64,000 nucleotides of DNA from a virus. The position numbers were made by a program, and so were the translations under genes. How positions within the stretch are numbered: position 1 is the first letter of the stretch; the number at the start of each line of letters is the position of its first letter. The notes beneath the pieces are model-generated. The model had not been told where the DNA came from and ran no database searches. It was given only the letters and a program-made list of their open reading frames with translations. Location: the IMG/VR virus record IMGVR_UViG_3300042691_037350, positions 58,475 through 122,474 of that record; one strand, 5' to 3'. Shown here piece after piece: positions 58,548 through 64,000 of the stretch.

Positions 58548-61520
58548 TTAACAACCGCAGCCACTACATGAGCCAGTTACTATTCCATAGTTACATGATG
58601 ATTCATCGAACACCGCATCTCCATTCACGGTTCCATAGTTGTAAGAACCGTTTGTAAATAAAGCATTGCCATTAACAGTGCCATAATAATTATATGACGA
58701 GTCAAATGATGCTCCGTTACTTACTGTACCATAATTAATAGACCCATTAGCAAAAGAACCACTATTAAGCACAGAAGCGTAATTGGATGCTCCGTCATTA
58801 AAAAATGCACTCTCTGATACAGTTCCGTTATTTACGGAGTAATAGCCAACAAACGTTCCTGTGCCGCCAATATTTCCTTGATTGTCACTATCGTTAAAGT
58901 GTCCATTAGCACTAATATTGCCATTATTAGTAGATGATACAAAAGAAGCATTTCCATTAACGTTACCATAGTTTGTGGCGTATGTAAAAAAGGCTGCTCC
59001 AGTTATAGATCCAGAATTAGTAGAGCCGTATTCAAATGTATTACTATCGCCATTCAACTCTCCAAAATTAATACTATCACCATTAAATGATGTTGATCCA
59101 TATATGGTGCCTCTATTAGAAGCGGGTAGTATTACTATATATGCCCAAGTATCATAGTTATATTCGTAGCTATAATAGCCATTAAAAGACGCATCACCTG
59201 ATATAATTCCATTATTGATCGATTGATCCCAGAAAAACATAGATATGCCGGTGAAGGGTATGGTAGAATTATTAATAGATTTATTGTAAAAATTACCTCC
59301 AGATATTTTAGAATTATTTATACTATTTTCATAAAATGAAGCTGAAGCTAGAAGTCCAGTACCATTATTAATGCCCGAATTTCTAAATGTTGCGGAGGAG
59401 TAGGTTCCATAATTAATGGTATTATCAAAAAAAGTTCCTTGATTAATTTTGCCATAATTAATGCTTTGATTATAAAAAGTTACATTTTGTGCTATGCCAG
59501 AAAAATTATTTCGACTAGCATCATAAAATACTGAATTTTTTATGGATCCGTTATTTTGTGAAATATCATAAAAATTAGTCGAACCCAAACATACTCCACC
59601 ATAATCATTAGTAGATGATCCTTTAAAATTGGCAGTAGTAGCTGACAATCCAGAAGATCGATTCATTGCATTGCCCGAGAAATCTACAAAAGAAGTAATA
59701 TTACCTATATTTATGGAATTATCTAGGAATAAACCAAAAGTGCCGGTACCATAATTTTTTGCGTTCCCATAAAATTTGCCATTATTATATGGTCCATAAT
59801 TTAATGTTGAATGATACCAATATCCATTAATTACATTGCCAAAATTTTTTGATAAATTGTAAAAATAGCCACTATTAGTAATATTACCAGAATTAATAGA
59901 CGAATTGTTAAATTCACCATTTGCTGCTATAGTATAATTAATTGTTGAGTTTTGAAAATAACCAGTCATAGATATATTGCCAGAATTAATAGCATTGTTT
60001 TGAAAAATTCCTTTGGTTATTTGTCCACTATTAGTACTATTATTTTTAAAAAGCAAATATCCACTAGATGAAACATTAATATTAGATCGATTCGATGCGT
60101 TTTGTTGAAAACTAATATCTTCTATAGAAATTGAACTATTATTTGAAGATATATCTGAAAACGTGGCTTTGCCTGTTAATGGTCCATTGTTAATACCCGA
60201 ACCATTAAAAGATATAACTCCAACAATACTACCATTATTACTACCATTATTGAATAAGTGTGTGCCGGACGTAATACTTCCATTATTAATAGAATTAATA
60301 AAATTAGTACTATTATTAATACTAGCATTATTTACCGCACCATTCGAAAAATTTGCTACACCATTGATATTGCCATTATTAATTCCACTATTAAATATAG
60401 CTTGACCACTAATACTAGCGCTATTAGTTGAAGCCACAAATTGTACGGACCCGGCTATGGTACCGATACTTTGTCCACTGATCATATAGATGTCACCAAT
60501 CAACCTACCGTTATTATCACTACTATAGAACTTGACTGCTCCAGATATAGACCCATTGTTTACAGAACCACTGATAAACATACTGTTTCCATAAATAATT
60601 TTGTTATTTACAGCATTAGTATTAAATATAGATAATGCTCCAGAAATTATACCATTATTGATGCTAGAATTTAAAAATGTAGTATTACTGATAATATTAC
60701 CATAATTTATAGCTGATCCGCTAAATATAGAATTACCATATAATTGACCATTAGATTGATTAGTGGAACCAAGAATAAATAATGACTCAGAAAAACAATA
60801 TCCATTATTAGAAGAATTATTTTCAAAGCGAGCTTTATTTGTGATGGTTCCATAATTTATCGAATCTTGTAAAGTACTTTCAGCAGATATTATTCCATAA
60901 TTATCGGTGTTTGATAATAATGCCGAAGGTGCTGTTAGAGACGACCCTGAATGGATAATAGAATCGAAAACATATGCTCCAGGAGGTATGTCTTTTAAAA
61001 AATCCGGATCCGAACTACTGCCATTTTGAGGAGAACCTTGATAATTACCCGCACTTTGTGTGGAACCGCCAACGGTAATATTAACTAATATTCCAGAATT
61101 TTTTAAAATTTGATTATATGTATTAATAGCAGTATTACTAATATAAAATCTTTTATTACAATTAATATTTAATGTTGGTGCTGTTAATCCTTGGGCTTCA
61201 ATTATACTATTAAAAGATAATAAATTATTAGTAATAATATTACCGACATTAAATAAAACTCGCTCATTTTGGTTTTGCCCACCACCAGTAATAATAGTAG
61301 TATTTTTAACTCTTAAAGATTTTAAACCTAATAATAAATCTAAAGAGGATTTAATAAAACAGGAATTAATAGCAGTAATAGTTGCAGGATCTATTGATAC
61401 CACACTAGGTGTACTGACTACAATATCTGTTTTATTACTAGGTAAAAATTTACTACTAATCTCTAGAGAATTGTCTTCGAACCACTTCTCTATTTGACAC
61501 CAAAGATGATTAGCAGACAT
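58548..61520 (-). CDS. Asn/Gly/Ser-rich beta-helix repeat protein (990 aa), adhesin or fibre-like
   Basis: Dozens of ~15-17-aa repeats of the form F-x-x-x-S-x-N-x-G-x-I-x-G-x-A. Ends in GSCSGCGC. Confidence 0.7.
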   Translation of the reverse strand: MSANHLWCQIEKWFEDNSLEISSKFLPSNKTDIVVSTPSVVSIDPATITAINSCFIKSSLDLLLGLKSLRVKNTTIITGGGQNQNERVLFNVGNIITNNLLSFNSIIEAQGLTAPTLNINCNKRFYISNTAINTYNQILKNSGILVNITVGGSTQSAGNYQGSPQNGSSSDPDFLKDIPPGAYVFDSIIHSGSSLTAPSALLSNTDNYGIISAESTLQDSINYGTITNKARFENNSSNNGYCFSESLFILGSTNQSNGQLYGNSIFSGSAINYGNIISNTTFLNSSINNGIISGALSIFNTNAVNNKIIYGNSMFISGSVNNGSISGAVKFYSSDNNGRLIGDIYMISGQSIGTIAGSVQFVASTNSASISGQAIFNSGINNGNINGVANFSNGAVNNASINNSTNFINSINNGSITSGTHLFNNGSNNGSIVGVISFNGSGINNGPLTGKATFSDISSNNSSISIEDISFQQNASNRSNINVSSSGYLLFKNNSTNSGQITKGIFQNNAINSGNISMTGYFQNSTINYTIAANGEFNNSSINSGNITNSGYFYNLSKNFGNVINGYWYHSTLNYGPYNNGKFYGNAKNYGTGTFGLFLDNSINIGNITSFVDFSGNAMNRSSGLSATTANFKGSSTNDYGGVCLGSTNFYDISQNNGSIKNSVFYDASRNNFSGIAQNVTFYNQSINYGKINQGTFFDNTINYGTYSSATFRNSGINNGTGLLASASFYENSINNSKISGGNFYNKSINNSTIPFTGISMFFWDQSINNGIISGDASFNGYYSYEYNYDTWAYIVILPASNRGTIYGSTSFNGDSINFGELNGDSNTFEYGSTNSGSITGAAFFTYATNYGNVNGNASFVSSTNNGNISANGHFNDSDNQGNIGGTGTFVGYYSVNNGTVSESAFFNDGASNYASVLNSGSFANGSINYGTVSNGASFDSSYNYYGTVNGNALFTNGSYNYGTVNGDAVFDESSCNYGIVTGSCSGCGC

Positions 61521-61521
61521 C

Positions 61522-63132
61522 TTAATTAGTTCCGTCTAGATAAAGTTTGAGTTTAGGTTCGTATGTATTTTCTCTTACTTTATAAAATTGAGAATAATCT
61601 AAACGTTGTCGAGGAAATCCTTCTGACATCGATAACGCAAATGCTATTCCTGTGGCCCGTTGTTTACTAGCACAACCCCAAGGCACACATGAAGAATCAT
61701 CTACACAGGCTTCATTTTCTGGATTATTCGGCTCTGTGACAGAATTTTTTTTGCGACAATTAATTTGATCTGTTCTATATAAAGTTAATAGGCAACTAAG
61801 ATGCGTTTCTGTTATTAAAAAGGAACCGTCTGGAATTGGACCCCAAGAAGGATGTCCGCCAGAGTTCCACTTACCCCAGCTATTAGCTAATAAATAAACA
61901 CACTCTGTATAATCTACTTTTCTATCGTCATATCCTATAATTGCATAAGAATGATACCAAATTCTATCTGGATAAGATAGACCGCCAGAATCTCTGGTAT
62001 TAGGAAAGCCAACATTAGTCATTAAGACCACGCCATAACCATTATATAATAAATCTTTTATCGACTGTAACATATCTGCTTTAGAATTGGATTGTATAAT
62101 AGATATAGTGCGTACACGATCTATGGTTTCTACTGGATTATCGAGATAATCTTTTTCTGTAGATTTTTTATAGACATTATTTACATAGTCGTAATTATTA
62201 ATGGTTTGAAAATATTTTAATAATAAATCACCAGGACACGCATAAAAATGCGATCCACTATTATTTAGTAAATTAGCATATCCTCCATAAGATTTACGTT
62301 TTAAAATACCTAGATGTTTTAATGGAAAATCTGATGAAACGGCATTTATGATATCTGCGGTTAAAGTAGTATATTCCCAATATCCATATCTAGTACCAGT
62401 TATATCTCCACAGCACCAATTCATTTTTTCTTCACAAGAACCACTAGTACAACAATCTTTGTCCCCTTGTGCTATTTCTTCTTCTGTTTTGGTACAAGAG
62501 CCGCATGGGGTGCATTCTCTTTGCCCTGTCTCTTTATTAGATTTACAACTAAAAGTAGCTCCAAGAGCGGATCCTTGTTTTTTAGAATCAAATCTGGGTA
62601 AGCAATCTAAATCTTTACATCCAGTCCCTCTAGTCATAGACTCTCCTTCTGGAACCAGATCAGGACCAAGCATCATTAAACAATCAGTAATATAGTTTTG
62701 TCCAAAAAATTGTAAATGTTCGGTGGCCCCTCGATGATCCCAAGATTCTCTTGTGCCAGACGCTTCTATCATACATGCTCTAGTAACATCACAAGCATTT
62801 CGAATAGCATGAGAAGTTCCGCTTTTTATATCTGGTTGAATTTCAGAAAAAGCTTCTACATCTAATCTTTCAAGAAATCTAAAAGGTAGCGATAATTGCC
62901 TAGATCCAGTATTAAGTATACCAAACGGATTTTCTGAACTTGGTTCTATTTTGGTATATGGAGCTTTATTGAAGCAGGGGTACTTTAGCTGTTTTAAAAA
63001 ATTTGCTAATCTGGGAAGGTCATAGGGGGTGCCTCTTCCAACGTCTTGGTCAGGACGCCCAACAAAATCAATAGTCCCCATCTCGCAGGGGTTTGTGGTA
63101 TATTGATAGTAAAGCTCTTTTGGCGTTAACAT
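61522..63132 (-). CDS. Papain-fold (C1-like) peptidase homologue lacking the catalytic Cys
   Basis: Catalytic His and Asn motifs HSYAIIGYDD and LANSWG are present. The Q...C site reads QPDIKSGTSHA. Large Cys-rich insert. Confidence 0.7.
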   Translation of the reverse strand: MLTPKELYYQYTTNPCEMGTIDFVGRPDQDVGRGTPYDLPRLANFLKQLKYPCFNKAPYTKIEPSSENPFGILNTGSRQLSLPFRFLERLDVEAFSEIQPDIKSGTSHAIRNACDVTRACMIEASGTRESWDHRGATEHLQFFGQNYITDCLMMLGPDLVPEGESMTRGTGCKDLDCLPRFDSKKQGSALGATFSCKSNKETGQRECTPCGSCTKTEEEIAQGDKDCCTSGSCEEKMNWCCGDITGTRYGYWEYTTLTADIINAVSSDFPLKHLGILKRKSYGGYANLLNNSGSHFYACPGDLLLKYFQTINNYDYVNNVYKKSTEKDYLDNPVETIDRVRTISIIQSNSKADMLQSIKDLLYNGYGVVLMTNVGFPNTRDSGGLSYPDRIWYHSYAIIGYDDRKVDYTECVYLLANSWGKWNSGGHPSWGPIPDGSFLITETHLSCLLTLYRTDQINCRKKNSVTEPNNPENEACVDDSSCVPWGCASKQRATGIAFALSMSEGFPRQRLDYSQFYKVRENTYEPKLKLYLDGTN

Positions 63133-63135
63133 TAT

Positions 63136-63384
63136 TCATTTTTGAATGAGTTTATTATAAATAGCTAGTGTTAGAACAGAACCAGCAACTCCCATAATCA
63201 CGCCTGCTGGTGAAATACTATCATATGTACCTAATAGATACAGAGCCGCTCCTCCCACATATGAGCCAGCAACGCCAAGAGCTACAGTTTTGACAAAACC
63301 AAAATTTTCTTCTCCTGGTACTATGCTTTTTGCTATTGCTCCTACAAATATACCATATACACACCATACTAAAATATTAAACAT
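63136..63384 (-). CDS. GlsB/YeaQ/YmgE (transglycosylase-associated) membrane protein
   Basis: WCVYGIFVGAIAKSIVPG...LGVAGSYVGG...GVAGS, three hydrophobic helices. Confidence 0.85.
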   Translation of the reverse strand: MFNILVWCVYGIFVGAIAKSIVPGEENFGFVKTVALGVAGSYVGGAALYLLGTYDSISPAGVIMGVAGSVLTLAIYNKLIQK

Positions 63385-63769
63385 TAGCTGCCTCCACTAA
63401 ACATAAAACTTCTTGATTATTTAAATTTTCACCGGTTTCTAATAAAGCATTTAAAAGAGCTAAACTGTATTTTTCGTATTGTTCTTGGTTTAGTTTTTGA
63501 CGCAAAACCTTTTTAATTCTCATTTTAGTAAACCATCCTCTACGCAGACTATATTCTTTGATTTCTTGTCCATATAATTCATACTTGTCTGCTGCTGAAC
63601 AATTTTTAGATAATTTATTTTTATTACACTCCTGTAAAACTCTAATCACTGTTAAAATAATACTTACGATCATTAAGATCGCTATAACACTACCAAACTT
63701 TTCTTGTTCTGATATACCAGCTTTAGATAATACTTTAGAAGCTATAGCATTTAATTGAGAATCGTTCAT
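63377..63769 (-). CDS. Hypothetical single-pass membrane protein
   Basis: Hydrophobic FGSVIAILMIVSIILTVI segment. Confidence 0.6.
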   Translation of the reverse strand: MNDSQLNAIASKVLSKAGISEQEKFGSVIAILMIVSIILTVIRVLQECNKNKLSKNCSAADKYELYGQEIKEYSLRRGWFTKMRIKKVLRQKLNQEQYEKYSLALLNALLETGENLNNQEVLCLVEAANV

Positions 63770-64000
63770 CTTAAAAACCTTCTTTTATATGTTGGTGATG
63801 AAGGATAACTAGGTTTAATTTGGCACTCTGGGCCAGTACAATAAGGAGCTTGATGAAGTATTATTGGGGGGTGAATAACTTCTTTAGTTTCTATTTGTGG
63901 TGGGGTGGATTGCTTTTTGGGTTTTTCCTCTTCACAATAACCACAATCTACCATTTTGATACCATCTCCACTCAAATATTTGCCGGTACCTTTGCATACT
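63766..64000 (-). CDS. Partial CDS (5' end outside the window) with a DnaJ-type Zn-finger-like motif
   Basis: The frame stays open to the window edge and reads VCKGTGKYLSGDGIKMVDCGYC. Confidence 0.6.
   Translation of the reverse strand, partial: VCKGTGKYLSGDGIKMVDCGYCEEEKPKKQSTPPQIETKEVIHPPIILHQAPYCTGPECQIKPSYPSSPTYKRRFLR

Noticed and set aside
58548-61520. Diversity-generating retroelement target or template (AAY-rich sequence)
   Set aside because: No reverse transcriptase in the window, and no near-identical repeat pair differing only at adenines was seen. The Asn richness is explained by the beta-helix repeat.
1263-63758. Short antisense and out-of-frame ORFs in the track (for example 1263-1679, 27732-28097, 36059-36508, 62348-62695)
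   Set aside because: They lie within or almost entirely over well-supported longer genes, lack motifs and are typical shadow ORFs.
1-64000. Alternative genetic code (stop codon reassignment)
   Set aside because: The standard code gives near-complete coding density and full-length conserved proteins. TAA, TGA and TAG all occur as stops.
1-64000. tRNA, rRNA or structured ncRNA genes
   Set aside because: Intergenic gaps are nearly all under 75 nt, and the largest (41846-42017) holds the HNH remnant. No cloverleaf was recognised by eye; tRNAscan-SE or Infernal would be needed to be certain.
1-64000. Eukaryotic giant virus or bacterial chromosome origin
   Set aside because: DnaE, DnaB, SSB, RecA, sigma70 promoters, Shine-Dalgarno sites, stop-start overlaps and a tape-measure tail block point to a bacteriophage. 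No NCLDV core genes or cellular housekeeping operons are present.

Overview
The window is a 64 kb internal piece of a large, AT-rich, tailed dsDNA bacteriophage genome with standard genetic code and very high coding density; ORFs run off both ends. The + strand (1-27213) is a tail morphogenesis block: a tape-measure-like protein of more than 2400 aa with four copies of a conserved motif, a Gly/Asn-repeat fibre, probable tail-tip proteins, a 2655-aa Cys-rich protein and a small multi-Cys protein. The - strand (27191-64000) carries replication, recombination and nucleotide genes: SSB, DnaE split into two genes around a DEDDh exonuclease, primase, DnaB, RecA, a strand-annealing protein, a PD-(D/E)XK nuclease, dNMP kinase, PhoH, class II RNR and dCMP deaminase. 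It also carries two glycan modules: a 7-gene cluster of intact and degenerate glycosyltransferase-like genes, and a 5-gene pathway for a C- and O-methylated deoxysugar. A beta-helix repeat protein and a papain-fold protein lacking its catalytic Cys lie near the right end. The best candidates for new biology are the intein-free split DnaE, the two-part glycosylation system (target unknown: virion proteins, DNA or host surface) and the modular tape measure. A Planctomycetota-like host is a weak inference. All calls come from motif recognition by eye; no database searches were run.
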